From positions 51,476-115,475 of the forward strand of contig JALGVA010000001.1 of NCBI GenBank assembly GCA_029820295.1: a DNA stretch of 64,000 nt, in the 5' to 3' direction. Positions 9,393 through 19,441 of this stretch are shown piece after piece (position 1 is the first letter of the stretch; each line of letters opens with the position of its first letter). The DNA comes from Candidatus Zipacnadia bacterium. Lineage in GTDB: Bacteria > Armatimonadota > Zipacnadia > Zipacnadales > UBA5352. The notes beneath the pieces were generated by a model. That model was not told the origin of the DNA. It searched no databases and saw only the letters and a list, made by a program, of their open reading frames with translations. Made by a program: the position numbers and the translations under genes.

Positions 9393-12215
9393 CTACTGCT
9401 CGGCGACCGGCACCACCTGCAGCAGGTCAAGCCACGCCGTCCCGGGCGTCTCCAGCGCCAGCGCCAGCCCGGCGCGGCTCGCGTCGGCATCGGGCGTGAC
9501 CTCGAACGCGTACTCCCGCCACTCGCCGCTCAGCTCGAAGCTCTCCTCGCCGAATTGCCCGAGTGCCAGCCGCAGCCTCACCCCCGGCTGCAGCGCGCGG
9601 CCCCAGATGGAAACGCGGTAGGTGCGCCCGCCTTCGACCCGGAACGGAAAGGGTCGCAGGCGCACCCGCGAGTCCGCATCGGGCAGCGTCAGGCGCAGGC
9701 AGTGGCGGCCATGCCGGGCCAGGCGCGCGTCCACGAACGCGGTTGCGCCCGGGCCGATGTCCGCATAGCAGCCCGAGGGCGTGCCCGCGCTCGGCACCTG
9801 CTCCCAGCTCGGGTTGATGGTCAGGTTCGCGGGATCGATCGCCAGGTCATCTTCCGGCAGCGGGCCGACCGGCAGGCGGTAGGCCCGCGTGTCGAAGGCG
9901 TCGATGGACTCGGCGATGACGCCGCCCGCGACCGCGATCGTGCGGTTCTCGAAGACCACTTCCGCCTCCCCCGACCACTCGATCCCCGGCAGTCGCACCG
10001 TCAGCGCCTGCGGCTCATTGCGCGTGTTCACGGCCAGCACGGTGACCACCCCACGGTCGCGGAAGGCCGCCACGTGCACGCTGTCGGGAGCGCAGGTCAC
10101 CTCCGGCCGCGGCTCGGCCGAGGTCAGTGCGGGGGTCAGCTCCGCGGTCTCCAGCGCCAGCGCCCCGCACTCGGCCCACATGATGGGCGACTTGGGGAAG
10201 CTGATGCGCGGCGAGCGGATGAAGTACTGGATGCCGCGTGCCCCGTGGATCAGTGCCAGCCAGGTCATCACCCGCTGCTCCTGCGCCGTCGGCTCGCGCC
10301 GCCACCACTCGTTGCCGCCGAAGGCCTGCGGCACGATCCACAGCGGCTTGCGGCCGTCGTAGGCCGCGACCAGCTCATCCGACATGCGGCTGACATAAGT
10401 GACCGAGTTATGTGGGATCGGGTAGGGGTCACCCATGACGATGTCGAGACACTGCTCGAACCGCCGCGCGTGCGCCCCGCCGCGGTAGAACACGATGGTC
10501 ACCGGATGGTGCGGATCGAGTTCGCTTACCAGCGCGTACACCTGCCCGAGGATCGCGGCCCGGTCGGCCGAGGGCTCGTCGGCGATGTACCAGCTCAGCA
10601 GCGCCGGGTGCTCGCGGAAGGCCTCCACCTCGGCGCGCAGCGACTGCCACTGCTCATCGGTCAGCTCCGGGCGATTGGCCCACATGAGGTGGTAGTTCAC
10701 GCGCATGCCGATCGCGGCGCAGCGGTCCATGTACTCGCGGATGTGCGCCAGGTCCTCGGCGTCATGTGGACCGCGGTGGTAGGGCGAGAACAGCGTGAAG
10801 CCGCGCACCACCTCCTCGTCCATCACGCCCTCGCGCAGCGGGTAGTAGGTGTAGAAGCCGAACGGGATGAAGGGCAGGCCGTCCGCGATCAGCCCGCCGC
10901 TCACATGGTCGATCTTCACCTCGTTGGCCTGCGGCGCGGCGGTGCGCAGGCGCGTCGTCTCGGCCGCCAGCACGTCGTCACCCGCCAGGAGCTGGCACCT
11001 GACCTGCGTGTCGCCCGGCTGCAGGCCGGTCAGGTCAAGCGGCAGGCGCATGTCGTGCGCGGTGACGGGATGCCGTTGCGGCGTCGTCCCCCGCAGGTGC
11101 ACGAGCACGGACAGACCGTCGAGCGGCAGGTCCTCGGCCACGCGCACCAGCAGCTCGCCCTCGCGCTCGTGCGTGTAGAGCGACAGCCGCGGCATGACGC
11201 GCAGGTACGGATCGACCTCGACATCCAGCGGTCCGAGCGCCAGCAGCTCCTCACCGCTCGCCGCGTCCGCGATGACCAGCTCCAGCTTCCGCTCGCCGCG
11301 GCCCGCCACCGGCGCCGAGCAGCGCACCGAGCGCGGCTGATCCGCCAGCGCTACTTCCACGGGCGTCCCGGCCTCGCCTCCACCCGCCGCCCGCGCGTGC
11401 ACCCTGACGCGCTCCGGGCCGCCGGCCCGCTGCGCCATCGCCAGGCTGAAGGTGGCCACCCCATCGCGGACCGTGTGCGACCACTCCAGGCCGCTGAGCG
11501 CCACGCCGGTCTCGCCGGCAGGCCCGGGTTCGATGGCGAAGTCGATGCCCACCCGGTAGACGGTCCCGCGCTCGAGGGCCTGCGCCCACCACAGCGCGCT
11601 GGCAGACGGCCGGCACAGCAGATTGAGGCCGCGCTCGGCCCGGATGCTCAGCATCCCGTAGTCGGTGGTGAAGACCTGCTCGGTGGCGTCCGACCACGGG
11701 TCGGTCCGTCCCGACTCGGGCTCCGACAGCTCACCGCTTCGCTCCTGGCCGCCGATCACCGCGCGGTAGTCCGACTCGTGCAGCCACGGCCGGCCGATGC
11801 CGAAAAGCACCTGCAGCTCCGCCTGCGCGGGCTCGAGCAGCTCGTACTCGTACTCCAGGCGCAGCCTGCCATCGGCGTGGGCGATGATGCGCTTCTCCCA
11901 GCGGAACTGCTCCGATCGATCGTGGATCGTCAGCGTCGCGCCATCGTCGGTGTGGGCGAGCATGGCGGTCTGCTCGCTTTGATTGCTGCGGTAGTACACA
12001 TCCTCCCACGCGCGATGCACGATCAGCTCCGACGGGTTCGCGCGCAGCAGCGGCAGGCCGCGCCAGGTGACCGTCGCGCCCTCGTCCGAGCGCCACCGCA
12101 CGAAGAAGTCGTCGACCATGAAGCCGCAGCGGTCAGGCTCAGCCGCGTTTCCCGGCGCGGCAAGCAGTGACGACAGCACCACCAGCGTCGGCCAGGCGCT
12201 CCACATTCGCTGCAT
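9393..12215 (-). CDS. secreted glycoside hydrolase-like protein (clan GH-A-type TIM barrel with C-terminal beta-sandwich/CBM-like region)
   Basis: Signal peptide MQRMWSAWPTLVVLSSLLAAPGNA; motifs FGFYTYYP...YHLMWANRP...SWYIADEP reminiscent of the (beta/alpha)8 GH-A acid/base region. Last gene of the MT::GT2-Fkp-SBP operon. Confidence 0.55.
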   Translation of the reverse strand: MQRMWSAWPTLVVLSSLLAAPGNAAEPDRCGFMVDDFFVRWRSDEGATVTWRGLPLLRANPSELIVHRAWEDVYYRSNQSEQTAMLAHTDDGATLTIHDRSEQFRWEKRIIAHADGRLRLEYEYELLEPAQAELQVLFGIGRPWLHESDYRAVIGGQERSGELSEPESGRTDPWSDATEQVFTTDYGMLSIRAERGLNLLCRPSASALWWAQALERGTVYRVGIDFAIEPGPAGETGVALSGLEWSHTVRDGVATFSLAMAQRAGGPERVRVHARAAGGGEAGTPVEVALADQPRSVRCSAPVAGRGERKLELVIADAASGEELLALGPLDVEVDPYLRVMPRLSLYTHEREGELLVRVAEDLPLDGLSVLVHLRGTTPQRHPVTAHDMRLPLDLTGLQPGDTQVRCQLLAGDDVLAAETTRLRTAAPQANEVKIDHVSGGLIADGLPFIPFGFYTYYPLREGVMDEEVVRGFTLFSPYHRGPHDAEDLAHIREYMDRCAAIGMRVNYHLMWANRPELTDEQWQSLRAEVEAFREHPALLSWYIADEPSADRAAILGQVYALVSELDPHHPVTIVFYRGGAHARRFEQCLDIVMGDPYPIPHNSVTYVSRMSDELVAAYDGRKPLWIVPQAFGGNEWWRREPTAQEQRVMTWLALIHGARGIQYFIRSPRISFPKSPIMWAECGALALETAELTPALTSAEPRPEVTCAPDSVHVAAFRDRGVVTVLAVNTRNEPQALTVRLPGIEWSGEAEVVFENRTIAVAGGVIAESIDAFDTRAYRLPVGPLPEDDLAIDPANLTINPSWEQVPSAGTPSGCYADIGPGATAFVDARLARHGRHCLRLTLPDADSRVRLRPFPFRVEGGRTYRVSIWGRALQPGVRLRLALGQFGEESFELSGEWREYAFEVTPDADASRAGLALALETPGTAWLDLLQVVPVAEQ

Positions 12216-12285
12216 CGTCTTCGCCCCTTGACTTCGGTTTCAGGTCACGGGCAGGTCATGCTGCGCTCCGTGGCTTCCGCCGCCA

Positions 12286-13527
12286 TCACTCGCCCGCCTG
12301 CTCGGCGGCGACCTGCGCGTCCATGACGGCCGCCAGGTCGTCGAGCGCCGACTGCACATCCTGACGCCCGGTGAAGACGCGGAAGAGCATCTGCTGGGCG
12401 GCCAGCTCGATCGGCTCCCAGTCCATCAGCGGGATGAACTTGCCGTCGGGGATGATGTCCACGAAGATGCGCCAGTGCGGATCATCCTGGAAGAAGTCCG
12501 ACTGCGCCACCGCGCGCTTCTCCGGCACCATACCCAGCTCGCAGAACGCCTGGCGGTAGCGGTCCTGGTAGGCGAACTCCACGAACGCCAGCGCCAGCTC
12601 GCGCTCGGCGCAGTACTCCGGCATGACCAGGTGATCGGTGATGACCTGCGTGACGCGCCTGGGCTCAAAGGGCGCGCGGTCCGGGGCCATCGGCAGTGGC
12701 GCGACGGCCCAGGCCAGGTCGGGGTTGCTGGCCGCCGCGTCGGCGATGAGCCACGGCCCGTTGGCGTGCATCGCCACCTTGCCCTCGATGAAGTAGCGAC
12801 GGGTCTCCTTGCGCGACCACGAGGTCGGCTCCGGCTGGGTCACGTGATGGCGTCGGGCCAGGTCGCGATAGAACTTGAGGCTCGCCACGCCGATGGGCGA
12901 GTTCACCGCCGCCCGCCCGTCCTCGCCGAAGAACTCGCCGCCCGCGCTCCAGAAGAAGAAGTACCAGTTGTCGGTGCTCTCATAGGTGGGCTCGACCGGG
13001 ATGCCCAGGCCGTAGGGGCTGTCCCACCGGTGCAGCCTCTGCGCGCAGGTCAACAGCTCATCCCAGTCGCCCGGCGGGCCGCTCAGCCCCGCTTGCTCGA
13101 ACAGGTCGGTGCGGTAGAACAGCGCCTTGGTCGAGGTGGCCCACACCAGCCCCCAGTTGTGCCCGCGGTACCGGGCCTTGTTGAGCAGCACCTCGAAGAA
13201 CTGGTCCGTGAACTCGGCCGGCAGGTCGTCCACGTAGGGCACCAGCCCGTCGGCGAACTCAGTGAGCCACATATCCGGGACGACGACCAGGTCCGGGCCC
13301 TCGCCCGCCTCCAGCCACCCCGCGATGCTGTCGTGGGCCGCGTCCCACTCGCCGAACTCGAAGGCCACGCTGTCGCCGGGATGCGCCTGCTGGAAGTCGG
13401 CGATGAGTCGGTCGTAGAACTCGCGCTCCCCGGGCATGTGGTAGCTCCACGCCTGGAAGGTGATCTCGGCGGCGTGGCAGCCCGGCGCAATCAGCAGCAG
13501 GGCTGTCGCGATGGCGAGGCGCTTCAT
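12286..13527 (-). CDS. extracellular solute-binding protein (ABC-type sugar-binding protein family 1-like), probable lipoprotein
   Basis: MKRLAIATALLLIAPGC (lipobox-like A-P-G-C); overall pattern of family-1 sugar-binding proteins. ATG overlaps the Fkp stop (ATGA at 13524-13527); GGGAGGAG RBS. No permease or ATPase genes anywhere in the window. Confidence 0.75.
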   Translation of the reverse strand: MKRLAIATALLLIAPGCHAAEITFQAWSYHMPGEREFYDRLIADFQQAHPGDSVAFEFGEWDAAHDSIAGWLEAGEGPDLVVVPDMWLTEFADGLVPYVDDLPAEFTDQFFEVLLNKARYRGHNWGLVWATSTKALFYRTDLFEQAGLSGPPGDWDELLTCAQRLHRWDSPYGLGIPVEPTYESTDNWYFFFWSAGGEFFGEDGRAAVNSPIGVASLKFYRDLARRHHVTQPEPTSWSRKETRRYFIEGKVAMHANGPWLIADAAASNPDLAWAVAPLPMAPDRAPFEPRRVTQVITDHLVMPEYCAERELALAFVEFAYQDRYRQAFCELGMVPEKRAVAQSDFFQDDPHWRIFVDIIPDGKFIPLMDWEPIELAAQQMLFRVFTGRQDVQSALDDLAAVMDAQVAAEQAGE

Positions 13528-16500
13528 CGTGTTCTCCTCCCTCTCTCGAACGCAGTGTCGGGGCCGTCGTCGCAGGGGCCGACCTGCAATCCCCCGTGGG
13601 ACACCTCGAAGTCATACACCCGTGCCCCGGTGCCGGCGGTGAGCTGGCTCAGGCGTTGCCGCAGCGAGTCCACGCAGTCGGCCTTCGCGATGAGCAGGAC
13701 GAAGCCGCCGCCACCGGCGCCCGCGGCCTTGGCACCCACCACGTGGGGCTCGACGTCCGCCAGCAGCTCGTCAATCCACGGCGTGGTGCAGTGCGGGTCA
13801 AGGATCTTCTGCAGCTCCCAGTGCATCCACATCTGCCACCCCACTTCGTCCAGGTCGCCGGCCAACAGGGCGTCGCGCATGCTCACGGCGATCCGCTGCA
13901 TCTCGCGCACGCTGTGCACGATGCGGCTGTCCCGCGACAGGTAGCGGCCCATCACCGTGCGCAGGATGTTCCGGGCCAGCCGCTTCTGTCCCGTGTCCAG
14001 CAGCACACACCGCTCCTCCAAGGCCCTGATCACTTCGGGGGCGAGTGGCAGCCTCTCCACCTCGAGGGCCAACGGGTCTCTGGGATCGGAGCGGATCAGC
14101 TTGGCGCCGCCCACGACGCCGCCAACCTGGTCCTGCCAGCCGCCGCCCGCAGACAGGAGTTGCTCCAGGTAGAGCACCCGCGTGAAGATGGTCTGCTCGT
14201 CGGGCTCGGCCTCCGTGAGCCGGGCCAGGCACCCCAGCGTGGCCGCGGCCAGGATGCTGCTCGCGCCCACGCCCGAGCCTCGCGGCACCCGGCTCTCGGT
14301 CACGAGTTCGAAGCCGCCGCCCAGCTCGCGCAGTCGGTCCTGCAGCGATCCGCGGGCACCCTCGGGTACGATCTCCCACGCGACGAAGGCCGCCTTGTGC
14401 AGCCCCAGTGGCCCGGCGGGATCGTCGCAGTCGGCCAGCTCCTGCATCTCGCGTATCTCGGCCGCGAAGTCGCCATCAACCGACGTGAGGCGCAGGACCG
14501 GCTCGGCCAGACGCCTGCCCCACGCCCGCAGCGGCGGCTCGCCGAGCAGGTTCACGGCCACGTTGAGCACCGTGCCCGGGCGTTCGAGGCTGTGCGGGGG
14601 CGTGTCCGACCACCCACCCGCGAAATCCGCTCTGACCGGACAGGAGGCCTGCACCCACTGTCCTCGTCTGACTCTGATCGCCAGACGGCGTGCGGCGCGC
14701 GGCAGTTGTGAGCCGATGGCCTCATGAACGCACGCGAATGCCTGCTCGACAAGGCGGTCCGCAACATCGCCGGGGGCATCCGCCTCTGCTTCCTCCACCA
14801 GGTCGATGCCGATGGCCGCGGAGTCCTCCACCAGATCGGCGGCCATCTTGAGCAGCCGCGCGCGATGGAGCAGATCCTCCGAGCCGCCCGCGAGAGTCAA
14901 CAGATGTTTCAGCACGGCCTTCGCCAGCGGTGTGCCGCGGACGCGTCCGAACAGCACCCGTGCGTCCACGTCACTCCGCGCGGCCTCCTCGAAGCGCAGG
15001 CATTCAAGCAGCGCGAGACGCTCGCCACGGCGCTCCCGCATGGCGGCGAGGTCCACCGTCTCCAGCGCCTCCGCCATCGAGATGCGGGGCGCGCTCAGCC
15101 ACGCCTCGCGCCCCCGCGCGTCGGCGTCCGAAGCTCCGCAGAGCCAGCCCGCCAACTGCCATGAGCGGCCGCGCCGGCCGATGGGGTGGAGCCGCGCGGT
15201 CCACAGGCTCCGCTCTCCCGGGCCCTCCTCCGGCCAGATGGCCTCGCTCGGAACACCTCTGCGCTCCAGCCAGCCGCCGAGCGCTTCACCGAGGAAGCGG
15301 GCTTCCTTCGGGTTGTCGTCAACGCCGAAGACCAGCGTCACTTCGCGTGGCTGCGCAAGCACGCCATCCTCAGCGTACCTGACCGGCAGTGCGCAGGCGA
15401 CTACGCCCTCGGGCACCACCAGCTCGGCGCGCTCGGAGTCCACGCCGCCCACGATCGATCCCGCCCCGATCCGGAAGGGCGCCCCAAGGTGGCAGCCCTG
15501 CACCAGGCTCCCGGCCCCGACCGTGCCGGGAGCAGTGATGATCGTCTCATGCAGACAGGCGCCCTCCTCGACGACACATTCATCACCGCGACCCGCGACG
15601 TAGCTGTCGAGCGTGCCTGAGAAGCCGTGCAGCCTGCCGAACTCCGACCTTGTGGTCACGGTGGCGAGGTACTGACGCGTGTTCCCGATATGCGTGAACA
15701 GCGCCGGCTCGGCACACTGCACGTGGAAGGGGACATCACGGCGCTCCCGGAGGGCGCACCAGATGGCGTCGCGGGCGTCGTAGCCGCCCTCAGCGGGCGG
15801 ACCGACATCCCGCATGTACCGCTCACGCGTTGCCTCCGGCGGCAGTGCGGGCAGGATGTCCCGGTAGAGGTCCACGCGCAGGTCGGCCACGCTCTCCGCG
15901 CCGAGCGGGCGCGCAGAGATCGCCGGCCCGCCGGGCTCCACGCCGACACCGGCCATCTCCAGCAGGGCCTCCAGCCCCAGGCGGTCGAGCTTGAGCAGCC
16001 CGGTGTCAACGTGCGCGCGTCCGTCCTCGGTCAGACCATCGGCCGCGCGCAGCTCCTCGAGCGTTGGCTTCTGCAGGTAGGCCCTCACATCCGGGCACCC
16101 GCGGTCGGCGACGTAGACCCCATGTCCGGTCGCCTCGATGGCGTCTACCGACATCGAGACGCCGACCACGCCCGGCAGCGCCCAGTCGATCTCCCGAGGA
16201 TCGAAGGTGAGCGCCACGTCGCCCGACGAGAGCACCAGCCCGCTGTCGAATTGTGACGGCAGCCCGGCCAGCCCCAGGAACAGGATGTCGAAGAGCGTCG
16301 CCACCGAGCCGTCCGCCAGCGTCGTCGGCAGCATCGCGAAGACCTTACCCAGGGCCGCGCTGTGGGGAAGGCGCCGACTGTCGCCCCCGGCGTGGATCAG
16401 GAGCACGCGCAGGCCGGCGAACAGGTGCTCCGGCCGTTCCACGCCGCCCCCGCCGTCACCGATGCTCGCGAGTTCACGAGCGATCTCCCGGAGCACATGC

Positions 16501-16778
16501 AGTGTGGCGCCGCCGGTCCCCACGCGCCGCCCCTGAGGGTCGGCGTAGACGCGCACGCGGGTCGCGGCCGGGAAGACCCCGCGCTCCTCCCGCTCGGACA
16601 GCTCAGTGCGGAAGACCGACGCCTGCCCCTCAGTCCTGGCGGTCAGGATGCAGTAGTCCCAGCGCGGGGCATTGGGCGACCTCAGCGCCTCCCGGTAGGC
16701 GCGCTGGTTGTGCTCCACGGCCTCCGCCAGCCGTCGCAGGCGCTCAGCACCGTCGATGGGTCCGGGCGGCCGGTCCAT
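13524..16778 (-). CDS. fkp: bifunctional L-fucokinase / fucose-1-phosphate guanylyltransferase (Fkp-like)
   Basis: 1084 aa. The N-terminal region shows a GTGGAT-type nucleotidyltransferase glycine motif (RRVGTGGATLHVLREI) as in fucose-1-P guanylyltransferase. The C-terminal GHMP-kinase ATP motif VPRGSGVGASSILAAATLG is present. GAGGTGA RBS; stop of the upstream gene lies 10 nt before the ATG. Confidence 0.7.
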   Translation of the reverse strand: MDRPPGPIDGAERLRRLAEAVEHNQRAYREALRSPNAPRWDYCILTARTEGQASVFRTELSEREERGVFPAATRVRVYADPQGRRVGTGGATLHVLREIARELASIGDGGGGVERPEHLFAGLRVLLIHAGGDSRRLPHSAALGKVFAMLPTTLADGSVATLFDILFLGLAGLPSQFDSGLVLSSGDVALTFDPREIDWALPGVVGVSMSVDAIEATGHGVYVADRGCPDVRAYLQKPTLEELRAADGLTEDGRAHVDTGLLKLDRLGLEALLEMAGVGVEPGGPAISARPLGAESVADLRVDLYRDILPALPPEATRERYMRDVGPPAEGGYDARDAIWCALRERRDVPFHVQCAEPALFTHIGNTRQYLATVTTRSEFGRLHGFSGTLDSYVAGRGDECVVEEGACLHETIITAPGTVGAGSLVQGCHLGAPFRIGAGSIVGGVDSERAELVVPEGVVACALPVRYAEDGVLAQPREVTLVFGVDDNPKEARFLGEALGGWLERRGVPSEAIWPEEGPGERSLWTARLHPIGRRGRSWQLAGWLCGASDADARGREAWLSAPRISMAEALETVDLAAMRERRGERLALLECLRFEEAARSDVDARVLFGRVRGTPLAKAVLKHLLTLAGGSEDLLHRARLLKMAADLVEDSAAIGIDLVEEAEADAPGDVADRLVEQAFACVHEAIGSQLPRAARRLAIRVRRGQWVQASCPVRADFAGGWSDTPPHSLERPGTVLNVAVNLLGEPPLRAWGRRLAEPVLRLTSVDGDFAAEIREMQELADCDDPAGPLGLHKAAFVAWEIVPEGARGSLQDRLRELGGGFELVTESRVPRGSGVGASSILAAATLGCLARLTEAEPDEQTIFTRVLYLEQLLSAGGGWQDQVGGVVGGAKLIRSDPRDPLALEVERLPLAPEVIRALEERCVLLDTGQKRLARNILRTVMGRYLSRDSRIVHSVREMQRIAVSMRDALLAGDLDEVGWQMWMHWELQKILDPHCTTPWIDELLADVEPHVVGAKAAGAGGGGFVLLIAKADCVDSLRQRLSQLTAGTGARVYDFEVSHGGLQVGPCDDGPDTAFERGRRTR

Positions 16779-16787
16779 CGGGTCACC

Positions 16788-18383
16788 TCACGGGCCGTCC
16801 TCGTGCTCGGAATGGTCGGCCTGCGGCTCCTCGCGGGCGGCGGCCGGCCCGATGCCCACCGGCCGCGGCGGGCCGGACCACCAGCGCTTCAGCGCCCGCC
16901 ACCAGCGCGGCAGAACCAGCCGCCTGAAGCCGATCAGGCTCATGCGCAGCAGCAGCGGGGCGTGTCGGCGGTTGATGATCTTCGATTCGCCTGCGGTGCG
17001 GGCACGGTAGTGCACGGGGATGTCGAGGATGTCCAGGCCCAGGTGCGCGGCGCCGAACAGCAGATCGAAGTCACCGAAGGGGTCGAAGTCGCCGAAGTGC
17101 GAACGATTGGCCGCGATGCGCCGGTAGTCCTCGCGCCGCAGCGCCTTCGTCCCGCACAGAGTATCGCCGACGTAGCGGTCCAGCAGCCACGAGAACAGCA
17201 CACTGAAGAACTTGTTGCCGATGAGGTTGGGCAGACGCATGGCGTCCGTCTCCATCGGGTAGACCAGGCGCGAGCCGTTGGCGAACTCGGCCTTCCCGCT
17301 CGCGATGGCCTCGAAGAACCGGGGCAGGTCCTCGGGCGGCACGGTGAGGTCGGCGTCGAGGATCATGAGCACGTCTCCCTCGGCGGCGTCAAACCCCAGG
17401 CGCACGGCGTGGCCCTTGCCCTGCGGCAGCATCTTCCCGGAGCGCTGCGACGCCCCGATCGCGGCATCCTGCTCCGCCACTTCGGGCGGCAGTTGGAGGA
17501 TCAGCTTGATGTCCTTCTCGCCCTGGTACTTCGCCACCATGCGCTCGATCTCATCGCGCGTCCCGTCGGTCGAGTTGCCGTCCACGAACAGAATCTCGGT
17601 GTGGCTGCCCATGACCGGGATGCGCTCCACGCAGGCGGCCACGTTCTCGCGCTCATTGCGCGTGGGCACCAGCACAGTACATGTCAGGTCCTCAGCCTGC
17701 AGTTCGGCTCCCGTCGGCCGAGCGACCACAAGCTGGGTAATGCACAGATGGCGCAACGGTCTGAACGCCCGCGCGAGGCCATTCAGCAAGGGCGTGATGA
17801 GCGGCACGTGCTTGGGCATGATGAGCGAGTAGGACTCGTCGATCACATCGAAATCCGCGAGCCGCAGGAGCTGGCGCATAAGCTGGATAGGCACCCAGTT
17901 CTGGAACTGGTGGGGCATCTTCAGGCCGAGACGTTCCGCGGCCCGCAGCGGCAGCTCGTAGAGGAAGTTGTAGGTGACGATGACCACGCGCGTGTGGGGG
18001 GCGCACACGCCGCGCACCTGCCCGAGCGCCGCCTGTACATCCTCCAGGTGGCCGAGAAGATGCACCAGCAGCACCACGTCGAAGTCACCGTCCTCAAGCT
18101 TGAGATCCTCGGCATCGCCGACCTCGAAGCGCAGGTGGGGGTACTTCTCCCTGGCGATCTCGATCATCCTGGGACTGAGGTCCACTCCGACACCGTGCGA
18201 TGGCTCCACGGCGGCGAGGGTGTCGCCGGTCGCGCAGCCGATCTCGAGCACCCTCTGCCCCCGAGGCACAACCCGGCGCAGCTCCTCCTGCAGACTGGCG
18301 TGGTACAGCCAGTTCCGACGCTTCCAGCGCTGGAGGTCGGGAGCCAGCCGATCGAAGTGCTCGCGTACGGCGTCCTTTTTCAT
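16788..18383 (-). CDS. fusion protein: class I SAM-dependent methyltransferase (N-terminal) + family 2 glycosyltransferase (C-terminal)
   Basis: Methyltransferase motif I VLEIGCATGDTLAAV; GT2 signatures VLVPTRNERENV...FVDGNSTDGT...ILDADL. Start placed at MKKDAVREHF (18383); the ORF-track start 18461 adds 26 residues. Confidence 0.7.
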   Translation of the reverse strand: MKKDAVREHFDRLAPDLQRWKRRNWLYHASLQEELRRVVPRGQRVLEIGCATGDTLAAVEPSHGVGVDLSPRMIEIAREKYPHLRFEVGDAEDLKLEDGDFDVVLLVHLLGHLEDVQAALGQVRGVCAPHTRVVIVTYNFLYELPLRAAERLGLKMPHQFQNWVPIQLMRQLLRLADFDVIDESYSLIMPKHVPLITPLLNGLARAFRPLRHLCITQLVVARPTGAELQAEDLTCTVLVPTRNERENVAACVERIPVMGSHTEILFVDGNSTDGTRDEIERMVAKYQGEKDIKLILQLPPEVAEQDAAIGASQRSGKMLPQGKGHAVRLGFDAAEGDVLMILDADLTVPPEDLPRFFEAIASGKAEFANGSRLVYPMETDAMRLPNLIGNKFFSVLFSWLLDRYVGDTLCGTKALRREDYRRIAANRSHFGDFDPFGDFDLLFGAAHLGLDILDIPVHYRARTAGESKIINRRHAPLLLRMSLIGFRRLVLPRWWRALKRWWSGPPRPVGIGPAAAREEPQADHSEHEDGP

Positions 18384-18897
18384 GGCAGCACCACAGTCAG
18401 TCCGGATGCCGGCAGTGAGCAGGTCGCCTCGCGGCGGCGTCAGGAGCGGCAACGGCCGCAACGGCCGTCGTGCGTCAAGACTGGCCCACGGGCCGTGGGC
18501 GTGCCCTGGCGCGGGCCACCGATCGGAGAAACCGGCCGCCTGCGGCGGCGCGGCTCCGGGGCCTGCACAGGCCCGGACAGGTGGGCTTTCGAGTATTCCG
18601 TAACCGACGCGCCGCGACCTTCAGCGTCAGCCGGTGTGCCTTTGAGGGGGCGGGCCGGCGAAAGGGGGGAGGCCGGCGGCGGGCGAATGTCCCTGCCGGG
18701 CCCCGCGCCGGGCAGGCTCCGGCGCGCCGGCAGGCCGGGCATGGTCCCGGAGAAACGGGTGCGTGTAAGCGCTGTATCTGGGGCGTTCGGCCCATCGCCG
18801 CACCGGTGGGCGGGGGTAGGATCGCTGTGACGGCCAATGATGAGCGGCGCGCGCGCCTGGCCGCAGGTGGACGCGCTCGAGAAGGGGAGTGTCGCAG

Positions 18898-19395
18898 ATG
18901 CAGGTCGGAACGATGCCTCAAGCGAGTGCGGACACTCGTGTCGGCTGGCGGCTGGTGGCACCGGCGATGATCGCGGTGGCGGCGCTCGTGAGCCTCTGGG
19001 GATGCACGGAGCCGATCCGCGATGAGCCGGCGGGTGGCGGCGACGCCGCGCCTGCCGCCCACGTCTCCGCCATCAGCCACGGCGAGCGGATCAACCTGGA
19101 CGATCACGTGGTCTCCGGCAAGACCACCATCTTCGACTTCTACAGCGACTACTGCCCGCCGTGCAAGGCGATATCCCCCGAACTCGAAGGTCTGGCACGC
19201 AGGCGCGATGACCTCGTGGTGGTCAAGGTGGACATCAATCGTCCGGGCGTGAGGGGCATCGACTGGGAGTCGCCGGTGGCGCGCCAGTTCTCGCTGCAGA
19301 GCATCCCGCATTTCATCATCTGCGACGGTGACGGCCGCATCGTGGCCGAAGGCCGCGAGGCCTACAGCCGCGTCCGGCAGTGGCTGTCGCAGTAG
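18898..19395 (+). CDS. secreted thioredoxin-like protein (TlpA/ResA-like thiol-disulfide oxidoreductase), probable lipoprotein
   Basis: C-P-P-C active-site motif in FYSDYCPPCKAI; signal/lipoprotein-like N-terminus ...VAPAMIAVAALVSLWGC; GGGGAG RBS 8 nt upstream of ATG 18898 (ORF-track GTG 18889 is an alternative). Confidence 0.7.
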   Translation: MQVGTMPQASADTRVGWRLVAPAMIAVAALVSLWGCTEPIRDEPAGGGDAAPAAHVSAISHGERINLDDHVVSGKTTIFDFYSDYCPPCKAISPELEGLARRRDDLVVVKVDINRPGVRGIDWESPVARQFSLQSIPHFIICDGDGRIVAEGREAYSRVRQWLSQ

Positions 19396-19441
19396 GCGAC
19401 GGTCGCCTCGGCCATCGCCGCAGCGAACCGGAGGTGCGCGC

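Noticed and set aside
9555-12170. 871-aa plus-strand ORF antisense to the GH-A-like gene
   Set aside because: Same antisense-shadow composition (Arg about 20%); no domain-like motifs.
13596-18830. Plus-strand ORFs 13596-14711, 14182-15603, 15627-16256, 16362-18830 across the Fkp/MT-GT2 operon
   Set aside because: Antisense shadows; the minus-strand proteins carry clear GHMP-kinase, methyltransferase and GT2 motifs.
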